Of a DNA stretch of 63,203 nucleotides, positions 11,791 to 20,765 are shown piece after piece. Within the stretch, counting starts at the first letter, position 1; each line of letters opens with the position of its first letter. The position numbers and the translations under genes were made by a program. The stretch spans positions 1 to 63,203 of the forward strand of contig CAYYXP010000258.1 in NCBI GenBank assembly GCA_964475685.1, given 5' to 3'. Under the pieces are notes generated by a model. That model searched no databases and was not told the origin of the DNA. It saw only the letters and a program-made list of their open reading frames with translations. Origin of the DNA: an uncultured Gemmatimonadaceae bacterium (GTDB lineage Bacteria > Gemmatimonadota > Gemmatimonadetes > Gemmatimonadales > GWC2-71-9).

Positions 11791-11829
11791 GCCCATCTCT
11801 CCTGCCGGGAGATGGGCGAATTCATTTCC
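11791..11829 (+). terminator. Candidate riboswitch expression-platform hairpin / attenuator
   Basis: 9-bp stem GCCCATCTC / GAGATGGGC with a 9-nt loop, followed by GAATTCATTTCC. It lies between the aptamer and the first ORF. Confidence 0.45.
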
Positions 11830-11862
11830 ATCCTGCCGGGTCAGCGCGCGCGAATTCTCCGG

Positions 11863-12723
11863 ATGCTCCCGTGGGCCGTCGCGGGCGCGCTGTCGTGCGT
11901 CCCCGCGACGACGCTGTCCGGCCGCCTGCGCGTCGTGGACGACGCCGGCGATACCGTCGCCGTCGCCACGCCCGCCCGCCGCATCGCGTCGCTGATTCCG
12001 GCGACCACCGAGCTGCTCTTCGCCATCGGCGCGGGCGGCGCGGTCGCTGGCCGGACGGCGTGGTGCGACTACCCCGCCGCCGCGGAGGCGGTCCCCAACC
12101 TCGGCGACGGCATCGGTCCCAGCCTCGAGGCGATCCTCTCCGTCCGGCCCGATCTCGTCCTGCTCTACAACTCGTCCCGGAACGGTGAGACTGCCGCCCG
12201 GCTCCGGGAGGCGGGGATTCCGGCTCTGCTCCTCAACACCGACGCCCTGGCCGACGTCGGGCGGATCGCGCGGTTGCTCGGGCGGGTCAGCGGGAGGGAG
12301 CGCGGGGGAGACTCCGTTGCCGCCGCCTTCGACACCGCTCTCGCCGCGGCAACCGTTCCCGAGGGAGGGGACCCGCCCCGGGTGCTGCTCCTCGTCTGGG
12401 AGCAGCCGCCGATGACGGTGGGCCGCGGCAGCTTCCTCAGCGAGCTGGTCGAGCGGGCGGGAGGGCGGAACCTCTTCGACGATGTGGCCGTGTCGGCGGG
12501 GACGGTGAGCATCGAGGCGGTCGCGACGCGCGATCCCGATCTCATCCTCACGGCGAGCGAGGGCCCGGCCGCGTTCGTCTCCCGACCGGAGTGGCGGGTG
12601 GTGCCTGCGGTGCGCGAGCGGCGCCTGCTCGAGGTGCGGGGCTCGGAATTCAATCGGCCGGGCCCCCGGGCGCCGGATGCGATTCGGAAACTCGCCAGCC
12701 GCCTGCGCGAGGTGGCGCGGTGA
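11863..12723 (+). CDS. btuF: ABC transporter periplasmic substrate-binding protein, BtuF/FecB-type (probable cobalamin binding)
   Basis: Signal-like MLPWAVAGALSC; RIASLIPATTELLFAIGAG...VAGRTAWCDYP; PDLVLL. Riboswitch context supports the call. An alternative ATG at 11812 falls inside the attenuator hairpin. Confidence 0.75.
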   Translation: MLPWAVAGALSCVPATTLSGRLRVVDDAGDTVAVATPARRIASLIPATTELLFAIGAGGAVAGRTAWCDYPAAAEAVPNLGDGIGPSLEAILSVRPDLVLLYNSSRNGETAARLREAGIPALLLNTDALADVGRIARLLGRVSGRERGGDSVAAAFDTALAAATVPEGGDPPRVLLLVWEQPPMTVGRGSFLSELVERAGGRNLFDDVAVSAGTVSIEAVATRDPDLILTASEGPAAFVSRPEWRVVPAVRERRLLEVRGSEFNRPGPRAPDAIRKLASRLREVAR

Positions 12724-13694
12724 GCCGCGGGCATTTCGGGCTGCTCCTCCTCGCCGTGGCGGTGTCCCTCGTCGTCGGGCTGAGCTCGGGGACGGTCCCC
12801 CTGTCGCCCGGTGAGGTGTGGGAAGGGCTGCGAAGCGGAGGCGCGCCCGCCGCGGTGATCGTCCGGGAAGTGCGGGCGCCACGCGTCCTCCTTGCCTTCC
12901 TGGTCGGCGGGAGCCTTGGCATCTGCGGCGCCGCCCTCCAGGCGATGATCCGCAACCCGCTCGCCGAGCCGTACCTGCTCGGTCTGTCCGGTGGCGCGGG
13001 GCTCGGTGCGGTGCTGGCGATCGCGACCCGGGCCGCGGGACCATGGGCGGTGCCGGTCGCCGCCTTCGTCGGAGCGCTCGGCGCGGTCGCGCTGGTCTAC
13101 CGGCTCAGCCTCGTGGCTGGCCGGCGGCTCGATCCGCGGGTGCTTCTCCTCTCGGGAGTGGTGGTCGGGTCGTTCTTCATCGCCCTCATGAGCAGCGTCA
13201 TGGTGCTCTCCGACTCGGCGGCGACCCGCAACGCCTTCCTCTGGCTGCTCGGCGGCTTCGGCTCGTCATCGTGGCAGTCGCTCGGCATCTTCGCCGCATA
13301 TGCCGTCATCCCGTTGGGCGTGCTCCTCCTCAACGCTCGGGGCCTGGATCTTCTCACGCTTGGAGAGGAGCCCGCCCAGCACCTCGGGGCCGACGTCGGC
13401 CGAACGATGCGCGTGGTCTACGTCTGCACCGCGCTGCTCACCGCAGCGAGCGTGGCGGTGTGCGGCATCATCGGCTTCGTCGGGCTGGTGGTGCCCCATG
13501 CCGTGCGCACGGTGGCGCGGCCGATTCACCGGACGCTCCTCCCGCTCGTCTTCCTCGCGGGCGGCTGCTTCCTGGTGCTCTGCGACGTGGTCTCGCGCGT
13601 CGCGGTGCGCCCGCTGGAGCTTCCGGTGGGCGTCGTCACCGCGCTGGTCGGCGTGCCCCTCTTCGCGTTGCTGCTCCGGAGGACGCTCGCGTGA
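12720..13694 (+). CDS. btuC: FecCD-family ABC permease (BtuC-like)
   Basis: GTG in a GTGA overlap. Motifs: RAPRVLLAFLVGGSLGICGAALQAMIRNPLAEPYLLGLSGGAGLG and GIIGFVGLVVPH. Confidence 0.85.
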   Translation: MSRGHFGLLLLAVAVSLVVGLSSGTVPLSPGEVWEGLRSGGAPAAVIVREVRAPRVLLAFLVGGSLGICGAALQAMIRNPLAEPYLLGLSGGAGLGAVLAIATRAAGPWAVPVAAFVGALGAVALVYRLSLVAGRRLDPRVLLLSGVVVGSFFIALMSSVMVLSDSAATRNAFLWLLGGFGSSSWQSLGIFAAYAVIPLGVLLLNARGLDLLTLGEEPAQHLGADVGRTMRVVYVCTALLTAASVAVCGIIGFVGLVVPHAVRTVARPIHRTLLPLVFLAGGCFLVLCDVVSRVAVRPLELPVGVVTALVGVPLFALLLRRTLA

Positions 13695-14482
13695 TCGTCG
13701 AGGCGCGCGGCGTGACGATCCGCTACCCCCGGGCGGGCCGGCCGGCGCTCAGCGCCGTGAGCTGCCGGGTGGAGGCACGGCGGCTCACCGCGGCGGTGGG
13801 CCCGAACGGGAGCGGCAAGACCACGCTGGTCCGCGCCCTGGCGGGACTGCTGCCGCTCGAGGGCGGGACGGTCACGGTCGGCGGGCGCAACGCGTCGGCA
13901 TGGCCGCGAGACGAGTTCGCGAGGGTGGTCGGCGTCCTGCCGCAGCGGGAGGAAATCCTCTTTCCGCTCCGGGTCGCCGAGACGGTGATGCTCGGCCGCT
14001 ATGCCCACCTCGGGCCGATCGCCGCGGCCGGAGACGCCGACCGCGCGGCGGTGAGCGACGCGCTGGAGCGGTGCGATGTCGCCGAGCTCTCGGAACGGCC
14101 GGTGGACTCGCTCTCCGGGGGCGAATGGCAGCGCGTGAGGCTGGCGCGCGCACTTGCGCAGGCGCCGCAGGCCCTCATTCTCGACGAACCGACCGCCTCC
14201 CTCGACATCCGCCACGAGATGGAGCTCTTCGAGTTGTTCCGGCGGCTGACGGACGGCGGCCTCGCCACGCTCGTCATCACCCATCATCTCAACCTGGCCG
14301 CGAGGTTCGCCGATCACATCCTTCTCCTGAGCGGCGGCGAGCTGGTCGCCGAGGGGACTCCCCGTGAGGTGCTGACCCGGGAGACCCTCGGCCGGGTGTT
14401 CGAGTGGCCGGTCGCGGTGACGAGTTGGGGGGACGGTTTCCCCCAGATCGTCCCTCTCCGGTCGGGGGAGCGCCAGCCATGA
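13691..14482 (+). CDS. btuD: ABC transporter ATP-binding protein (BtuD/FecE-like)
   Basis: GTG in a GTGA overlap. Walker A GPNGSGKTT, signature LSGGEWQRV, Walker B LILDEPTASLD. Confidence 0.85.
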   Translation: MIVEARGVTIRYPRAGRPALSAVSCRVEARRLTAAVGPNGSGKTTLVRALAGLLPLEGGTVTVGGRNASAWPRDEFARVVGVLPQREEILFPLRVAETVMLGRYAHLGPIAAAGDADRAAVSDALERCDVAELSERPVDSLSGGEWQRVRLARALAQAPQALILDEPTASLDIRHEMELFELFRRLTDGGLATLVITHHLNLAARFADHILLLSGGELVAEGTPREVLTRETLGRVFEWPVAVTSWGDGFPQIVPLRSGERQP

Positions 14483-16506
14483 TCGCGCGCATGGTTGTCG
14501 TCGCGCTGCTGATGGCGACTCCGGTCGTGGCGCAGGCACCGGCCCGCCTGGTGGGCCGCGTGGTGGATGCCGCGACCGGCGCCCCCCTCGGCGCCGCCGA
14601 TCTGGGATTTCGTGACCAGCACACGACGACGGCCAGCGACGGCGGCTTCATTCTCGGCGCGCTGCCGCCGGGGCGGGGGACGCTGGCCGTCCGCCGGGTC
14701 GGCTACGCGCCGTGGTCGGAGATCGTGGACGTCGTCCCGGGGCTCGACCGTTCGGTCACCGTCGAGCTGTCGCCGCTGCCCCTGCGTCTCGACAGCATCA
14801 CCGTCGTGGCGACGCCGGGGACCATCTCGATCTCGGGGGAAGAGCTTGTCGTTCGCGGGCAGGACCTCGGGCGCGCGCTCGACGGATGGGAGGGTGTGAT
14901 CGTCCGGCGGACCGGGAGCGGAGGCCCCGCATCCCCTCAGCTGCGCGGCGGCGGCCCCGATGAGGTGCTCGTTCTGGTGGACGGTTTCGCGGTGAACGAC
15001 CCGCTCAGCGGCCGGGCGGACCTCGGGCGCATCTCGAGCCACGAGGTCAGTCGCGTGACCCTCCTTCCGGGAGCGCAAACGGTGCGGGCGGGGTCCCGCG
15101 CGGTCGCCGGCGTCATCGTGGTGGACACTCGCCGGGCCTTCCGGCCGGAAGTCTCCGCCTGGATGGCCGATCACGGGGCCCGGGGGCTCAGGGCCGGTGG
15201 CTCCGCGGGGCCGTTGGGGATTGCGGCATCGCGCGAGAGGTACGCCGATCGCTTCCCCTACACCGTGCCGGAGGTGCGGGGCGGCGGCGCCGCCGTGCGG
15301 CTCAACGCCGGCGGCGACCTTTCCACCGCCTCCGCGCGCCTCGACGGCCCCGTCGAGCTGTCGGTGCGGGGGTCGCAATCGATGCGCGGCTTGCCCGGGA
15401 CCACCACCAATCCGACGCCGCGCGCCAAGGCGCACGATCGCACGGTCTTCGCGGGTGCGCGAGGGGCGGGGCCGGTGTTGTGGAGCGGGTCGCTGCAGTG
15501 GCTGGAGACGCGTGCCGCCGACCCGGCGCCGCCGACCGGGCCGGCGTACGACAGCTATACCCACGGCGTCAGCGGAACGTTGGGGGCGGGCTATCGCGCC
15601 GCAGCGGGCGTGAGTGGCTGGACTGGGGAGGCGGGGGTGAGCGGGGAGGTCCGGGGAGATCGCTTCGCGGGGGACGGCGTTCGCCCGGGCTCCTCGTTTA
15701 CCCACGGTGCCCTCCTGGCCGCTGCAACCTTGCATCGGGGGACAGGTACCATCTGGAGCCTCGCGCCGGCGGCCCGGCTCGATGTCTGGACCGGGCAGAC
15801 CACCCCCACATTCAGTTTTCGGCTCGACGCGGGCTGGCAGCGCGGCCGGACCGGAATCACGGCGGCCATCGGGAGCGCGGTGACACCGCCGGTGCTCGCC
15901 GATCTCTTCTTTCGCGAAGGAGTGGGCGTCCGGCTCAATCCGGACCTCCGTCCCGAGCGAGTCCGCTGGGAAGCGGAGGCCGGCCTGCGACGGGAGTTCC
16001 CGTCGGGCAACGCCGCCATCCGGGTCTTCTACGGCCGCGTCGCCGACATGGTCGTCTGGGCCCCCGACTTCCGGTTCATCTGGAGCCCCAGGAACTTCGA
16101 CGTGCTCCGGCGTGGTGGTGAGGCCACCCTAGGTCTCCGTCCGAGCGGCAACCTCCGGCTGGACGGAGCGGCGGCCTACAGTGCCGTCACCTACGACATC
16201 CCCGGGGGCGCGCAGGTCCAGTACCGCCCGCGGGTCACCTGTTCCGTCTCGGTAATCTGGTCTCCGCGCGCCTGGAGCGCCGATGCCCGCTGGCACCTCA
16301 TCGGAGAGCGCTACCCCAACAGCGCCGGAACCAATCCCCGGCCCGCCTTTTCCCTGCTGGACATCGGGCTCGAGCGCCGCCTCACCGACGCGCTCGGTCT
16401 CCGCGCCCAGGTCACCGATGTGACGGACACCCGCGCCGAGTTCATTGCCGGGTACCCCACGCCGGGACGCACTTTCACCGCCACCCTTAACTTCCAACTC
16501 CCATGA
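14479..16506 (+). CDS. TonB-dependent outer-membrane receptor with an N-terminal CarboxypepD_reg domain
   Basis: ATG in an ATGA overlap. Signal peptide VVALLMATPVVAQA; LVGRVVDAATGAPL...SDGGF; plug-region LRGGGPDEVLVLVDGFAVNDP; C-terminal beta-barrel ending in TATLNFQLP. Confidence 0.85.
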   Translation: MIARMVVVALLMATPVVAQAPARLVGRVVDAATGAPLGAADLGFRDQHTTTASDGGFILGALPPGRGTLAVRRVGYAPWSEIVDVVPGLDRSVTVELSPLPLRLDSITVVATPGTISISGEELVVRGQDLGRALDGWEGVIVRRTGSGGPASPQLRGGGPDEVLVLVDGFAVNDPLSGRADLGRISSHEVSRVTLLPGAQTVRAGSRAVAGVIVVDTRRAFRPEVSAWMADHGARGLRAGGSAGPLGIAASRERYADRFPYTVPEVRGGGAAVRLNAGGDLSTASARLDGPVELSVRGSQSMRGLPGTTTNPTPRAKAHDRTVFAGARGAGPVLWSGSLQWLETRAADPAPPTGPAYDSYTHGVSGTLGAGYRAAAGVSGWTGEAGVSGEVRGDRFAGDGVRPGSSFTHGALLAAATLHRGTGTIWSLAPAARLDVWTGQTTPTFSFRLDAGWQRGRTGITAAIGSAVTPPVLADLFFREGVGVRLNPDLRPERVRWEAEAGLRREFPSGNAAIRVFYGRVADMVVWAPDFRFIWSPRNFDVLRRGGEATLGLRPSGNLRLDGAAAYSAVTYDIPGGAQVQYRPRVTCSVSVIWSPRAWSADARWHLIGERYPNSAGTNPRPAFSLLDIGLERRLTDALGLRAQVTDVTDTRAEFIAGYPTPGRTFTATLNFQLP

Positions 16507-17546
16507 GCCACTCCCGAGTCCTTCTCTGCCGTGCGGCGATCGTCCTCCTCTGCGCCGCCTGCGCGGATACCAACGCGCCGGCCCCGGAGCCCACTGAAGC
16601 GCTGCTGGTCGTGAACAGCACCGCGAACACCTTGAGCATCATACCGGTGGACAATCCAGCCGCCGGGGTCCAGGTCCAGCTCGGTGGGACCACGCCGACT
16701 CCCGTCGGCGTGTCGGCATTCGGCCGGACGGCGATCGTTCCGCTCGGCCTGGACAACGCCGTGGCGGTGGTGGATCTCATCGACGCGGTGGTCACACGCC
16801 TGGTGCCGCTCCCGGACAATTCCGGGGCCACCGGGTCGGCGGTGGTGGACGATTCCATTGCGTTCGTCGCGAACCCGAATCTCAATTCCGTGTCCCGCAT
16901 CAACTACGTGACCGGCGCCACGACGGAGGTGGATGTCGGCGTCTATCCTGAGGGCATCGTCTACGCGCGCGGCAGGATCTTCGTTCTCAACGGCAACCTG
17001 GACGCCACCTTCAGTCCCGCCGGCCCGAGCTGGATCACCGTGCTCGATCCCACAACCACCACGATCCTCGATTCGCTCCCGCTCACCGGCCCCGGCAACG
17101 CAGGCTACGGAGTGCTCGGAGGGGATGGACTTCTCTACGTCATGAATACCGGGAGCTTCTTTTCCGGAGAGGGCCGGCTGTCCATCGTGGACCCGGTGGG
17201 GCTCACGGAGGTGGCGAGCTTTACCGGCTTCGGGACCGGGCCCGGGAACGTGGCCACCGACGGCGTGTCCCGGATCTATGTCAGCTCGTTCGTGGAAGGG
17301 TTGATGGAGTTCGACACCGAGACCAATCAGGTACTTCACGGAGCCGGAACCGGGGTCGCAATCCCCGGGAATTCCGCCGTGGCCGTGGACAGCAAGGGGA
17401 GGATCTATGCCCTCGAGAGCGGTCCCTGCCAGGGAGGGCAGCCGGGCAAGGCGCACGTGCTCGATTCCACCCTCGTCCAGAGGAGCACCATCACCCTCGG
17501 CGAATGCCCCAGCGGCGCCGTGACGATCCGGATCCCACCGGCGTGA
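16503..17546 (+). CDS. Probable lipoprotein, beta-propeller fold (YVTN/YncE-like repeats)
   Basis: ATG in an ATGA overlap. The signal peptide ends LLCAACADT (Cys candidates for lipidation). Repeated short beta-strand blocks recur throughout: LLVVNSTANTLSIIPV, AVAVVDL, IAFVANPN, RIFVLNGN, WITVLDP, LLYVMNTG, RLSIVDP, RIYVSSF, RIYALESG. Confidence 0.7.
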   Translation: MSHSRVLLCRAAIVLLCAACADTNAPAPEPTEALLVVNSTANTLSIIPVDNPAAGVQVQLGGTTPTPVGVSAFGRTAIVPLGLDNAVAVVDLIDAVVTRLVPLPDNSGATGSAVVDDSIAFVANPNLNSVSRINYVTGATTEVDVGVYPEGIVYARGRIFVLNGNLDATFSPAGPSWITVLDPTTTTILDSLPLTGPGNAGYGVLGGDGLLYVMNTGSFFSGEGRLSIVDPVGLTEVASFTGFGTGPGNVATDGVSRIYVSSFVEGLMEFDTETNQVLHGAGTGVAIPGNSAVAVDSKGRIYALESGPCQGGQPGKAHVLDSTLVQRSTITLGECPSGAVTIRIPPA

Positions 17547-17550
17547 GCCC

Positions 17551-18312
17551 ATGCCGCTCGTGAGCACCGCGGCGATCGTGCTCTCGTCCCTCCGGTACAG
17601 CGAGACATCGAAGATCGTGCGACTGGCGACCCGGGATCACGGCGTGCAGAGCGCGATCGCGAAGGGGGCTCTGCGCCCGCGCAGCCGATTCGGCGCGGCG
17701 CTGCAGCTGCTGAGCGAGGGGCAGGCACAGTTCATCGCCAAGGAAAATCGCGATCTCCACACGCTCACCGCGTTCGACCTCACCCACCTCCATGCCGGCC
17801 TCGCCGGGGCGCTCGATCGCTACGCGGCCGCCTCCGCCCTCGCCGAGGTGATGCTCCGCGTCGCACCCCCGGACCCGCACCCGGAGAGCTTCGATCTGCT
17901 GCGTGATGCCCTCGCTGCCCTGGAGTCCGCCGCTCCGGACACGGTCGAGGCGCTCGGGCTCCGGCTGCTCTGGCGGCAGGCGGGTGTGCTCGGCTTTGCG
18001 CCGTCGCTCGGGGCCTGCGTGCTCGACGGAGCGCCGTTGTCTCCCAGGGGGGCGCTCGCATTCAGCGCGCGCGAGGGCGGGGCGCTGTGCCCGTCGTGCG
18101 CGGCGCGACACGAAGCGGCACAATTGCCCGAGGGATCACGGGACGACCTGGTGAACCTGCTGGAGCCGGGCGCCCCGCTGCCCATGCTCGATGCCCGGCA
18201 CGCCGCGGCTCACCGTCGCCTCCTCGCGCGCTACATCAGGTATCACCTCGCGGAAGGGGCGGAGCTGCCGGCGCTGGAGTTCTGGATGCGCCGACCATGG
18301 GAGCTCTCGTGA
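17551..18312 (+). CDS. recO: DNA repair protein RecO
   Basis: 253 aa. IVLSSLRYSETSKIVRLATRDHGVQSAIAKGA..., a later zinc-type CPSC, and the RLLARYIRYHL ending are typical of RecO. Confidence 0.85.
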   Translation: MPLVSTAAIVLSSLRYSETSKIVRLATRDHGVQSAIAKGALRPRSRFGAALQLLSEGQAQFIAKENRDLHTLTAFDLTHLHAGLAGALDRYAAASALAEVMLRVAPPDPHPESFDLLRDALAALESAAPDTVEALGLRLLWRQAGVLGFAPSLGACVLDGAPLSPRGALAFSAREGGALCPSCAARHEAAQLPEGSRDDLVNLLEPGAPLPMLDARHAAAHRRLLARYIRYHLAEGAELPALEFWMRRPWELS

Positions 18313-20144
18313 TCATCGGAATGGCCGGTCACATCGATCACGGAAAGTCGGCGCTGGCGCAGGCGCTCACCGGCCATGCCATGGACCGGTTGGCCGAGGA
18401 GCAGAAGCGCGGGATCACCATCGATCTCAATTTCGCCCCCCTCCAGCTGGGCCAGTTCGGCATCGTCGGACTGGTGGACGTGCCGGGCCATGAGAACCTG
18501 GTGCGCACAATGATCGCCGGCGCGTCCGGGCTGGACGTGGCATTGCTGGTCATCGCCGCCGACGAAGGGGTGATGCCGCAGACCCTGGAGCATCTGGCGG
18601 TACTCGAGCACTTGCGCGTCCCCGCCGGAATCCCGGTCCTCACCAAGGCCGACTTGGCCTCGCCCGAACAGCTGGCACGTCTGTCGGAGGAGGTGGCCGC
18701 ACGCCTTGCGCGATCGCCGGTCGAGTTCGAGCCGCCGGTCATCACCTCGGTCCGGTCGGGGGAGGGGATCGAGGCGCTCCGCTCGAGGATCGAGGCGCGC
18801 ACCCGCCTCGCCTTGTCTCGGCCGCCCGGCGATCTCTTCCGGATGCCGGTGGATCGCGCCTTCTCGATCGCAGGGGTTGGTACGGTCGTCACCGGCACAG
18901 CCTGGTCGGGTTCCGTGTCCGTGGGAGAGGGAGTGACCCTGCTTCCGGCAGGAGTGTCGGGCAGGGTCCGTTCTATCGAGGGCCACGGCAGGGCGCTGGA
19001 AGGAAGTGAAGCGGGAACCCGCACCGCCGTGGGCATCGCCGGAATCGGCCGTGAGGCGATATCGCGGGGCGCGGTCCTGGTCGCCGAGGGTGACGCGTGG
19101 GTGGTGTCCACAGCGATCGACGTCGAGCTTACGCTTCAGCCCGATGCCCCGCGTCCGCTCGGTCACCGCGCCCGGGTCCGAATCCTCATCGGCACCGCCG
19201 AGGTGATGGCCCGGGTCCGTCCGCGCTCCGCGATCGAGCCGGGGTCGGCGGGGGTGGCGCGCCTCGCGCTCGAGGCGCCGATCGTTGCGCGCGCAGGCGA
19301 TCGCTTCGTGGTCCGGAGCTACAGCCCCGTCGCCACGATCGGCGGCGGCCTCGTACTCGACATCGCTCCGCCGCGGCGCGCGGGATGGCCGGCCGGACTC
19401 GGACACACCGATCCGGAAATGAGGCTGAGCGCTCTGCTCGAACGCCGGCCTGCGGGAATCCATTCCCGGGAGCTGCCGCACCTTCTCGGGCTTCCGCCGA
19501 GCGTCGCGATCGCGGTTGCCTGTCGCACCGCGGGGTGTCGTTCGCTGGGCGACACCTGGGTCCTGGAATCCGCAGTCGCCGGCGCTGCCACCCGCGCCGC
19601 CGATGCCGTCTCCGCCCATCACCTCGCCGAGCCGGCCAGCCGTGGCGTCCACCTCGAGACCCTGCGCCGGTCGCTGGGCGTGAATGACCTGGTTGCCGAG
19701 GCCGCGATAACCGACCTCGCCGCCGCCGGGAAGGTGCAGGTAGCCGACGGCGTCGTGTCGCTTCCCGGCTACGCCCCCCGGCTGGCGGCGGGTGAAGAGG
19801 GGATCGAGGCCCTGGTGCGACTGGTGGAGGAGGCCGGTCTCGCGCCGCCGACCCTCGCGGAGCTGAGCGCGCAGACCGGGCGGAGCGACGTTGCCGCCGC
19901 GGCGCGCCTGGCGGCCGCGCGGGGGGTGCTGAAGGCGGTGGAGCGCGACCGGTACTATTCCAGCGGGGCGCTCGACCGATTCACCAGCGCCCTGCGCGAG
20001 GCGGGGCGGGCGGGCACCATCAGTCCCGCGATGCTTCGTGACCGCCTGGGTGTCAGCCGGAAGTTCCTCATTCCTCTCCTCGAGTGGGCCGACCGGCAGG
20101 GGATCACGGTCCGCGTGCCCGAGGGACGCCGCCTCGCGCGATGA
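18309..20144 (+). CDS. selB: Selenocysteine-specific translation elongation factor SelB
   Basis: G domain GHIDHGKS, DVPGHE, TKADL, followed by a long C-terminal winged-helix-like region. The start is taken at GTG 18309 (GTGA overlap with recO); an alternative ATG lies at 18297. Confidence 0.85.
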   Translation: MIIGMAGHIDHGKSALAQALTGHAMDRLAEEQKRGITIDLNFAPLQLGQFGIVGLVDVPGHENLVRTMIAGASGLDVALLVIAADEGVMPQTLEHLAVLEHLRVPAGIPVLTKADLASPEQLARLSEEVAARLARSPVEFEPPVITSVRSGEGIEALRSRIEARTRLALSRPPGDLFRMPVDRAFSIAGVGTVVTGTAWSGSVSVGEGVTLLPAGVSGRVRSIEGHGRALEGSEAGTRTAVGIAGIGREAISRGAVLVAEGDAWVVSTAIDVELTLQPDAPRPLGHRARVRILIGTAEVMARVRPRSAIEPGSAGVARLALEAPIVARAGDRFVVRSYSPVATIGGGLVLDIAPPRRAGWPAGLGHTDPEMRLSALLERRPAGIHSRELPHLLGLPPSVAIAVACRTAGCRSLGDTWVLESAVAGAATRAADAVSAHHLAEPASRGVHLETLRRSLGVNDLVAEAAITDLAAAGKVQVADGVVSLPGYAPRLAAGEEGIEALVRLVEEAGLAPPTLAELSAQTGRSDVAAAARLAAARGVLKAVERDRYYSSGALDRFTSALREAGRAGTISPAMLRDRLGVSRKFLIPLLEWADRQGITVRVPEGRRLAR

Positions 20145-20293
20145 GCCGAGTGAGGTCCGCCGCCTTGCGGCGCGGCGGTGCGCGGTTAGGTATAAGGAGT
20201 CATCCTGACTGGCCGGCCCGATGCCGGCGGAAGCACCGCGCCACTGCGATAGGAGGGACTGCCGTTCGACACCTGGTATGAAGAGGAGCCCCC

Positions 20294-20731
20294 ATGGTCC
20301 GCTGGTCGTGGCCGGGGTGGTGGCTCGGATTGCTGGTGGGGACCCAGTCCCCCGTGGCTGCGCAGGCGAATGTCGGCCCACCGCATGTCGAGCTGAAGGA
20401 GAACTACCCCAATCCGTTTTTCCCGGCGACGACGATTCCCTTCGAGATCGGTCCGGAGGTCTGCGCGAAGGGTCGCCAGCCGGTGGTGAGCCTCAAGATC
20501 TACAATGTGCTGGTTCAGTTCGTCGCGATTCCGCTGTTGGCCGCAGGTTCCGAGGAACGGGTGGACAGTCTCAGGCTTCGATGCGGCCGGTATCGCTCTT
20601 ATTGGGATGGGAAGTATCTCGATGGTCAGACGGAAGTGACGCCGGGGGTCTACTATTACCAGTTGACCGTTGACGGCGAGCGGTTCACCCGGAAAATGAT
20701 CGTCCAGAAGAAAGCGACCATCGGGCAATAG
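20294..20731 (+). CDS. Small secreted protein made of a signal peptide plus a T9SS type-A / FlgD-Ig-like C-terminal sorting-type domain
   Basis: GAGGAG lies 6 nt upstream of the ATG. Signal WWLGLLVGTQSPVAAQA; then LKENYPNPFFPATTIPFEI...LKIYNVL...WDGKYLDGQTEVTPGVYYYQLTVDGERFTRKMIVQK, matching the NYPNPFNP...G.Y...TRKM CTD pattern. Confidence 0.7.
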   Translation: MVRWSWPGWWLGLLVGTQSPVAAQANVGPPHVELKENYPNPFFPATTIPFEIGPEVCAKGRQPVVSLKIYNVLVQFVAIPLLAAGSEERVDSLRLRCGRYRSYWDGKYLDGQTEVTPGVYYYQLTVDGERFTRKMIVQKKATIGQ

Positions 20732-20765
20732 GGACGACGCAGCCGTCGTCCCTGTTGTGTTTTCT
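20731..20765 (+). terminator. Rho-independent terminator
   Basis: GGGACGACG-CAGC-CGTCGTCCC followed by TGTTGTGTTTTCT, beginning at the last base of the stop codon of the small CTD gene. Confidence 0.7.

Noticed and set aside
10408-13044. 878-aa minus-strand ORF. Similar very long antisense ORFs are 20847-23627 (926 aa), 47108-49810 (900 aa), 49548-51800 (750 aa), 52828-55038 (736 aa), 59505-61592 (695 aa) and 18243-20381 (712 aa).
   Set aside because: Each lies exactly opposite + strand genes with unmistakable family motifs (btu genes, clpB, moxR/DUF58, bat genes, uppP/birA/coaX, selB). Their translations are R/G/P/A-rich with no motifs. Long stop-free antisense frames are expected in GC-rich DNA.
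20221-20673. 150-aa + ORF overlapping the small CTD gene in another frame.
   Set aside because: The 20294-20731 frame carries the recognisable NYPNPF...TRKM domain, a good RBS and a signal peptide. The alternative frame has none of these.
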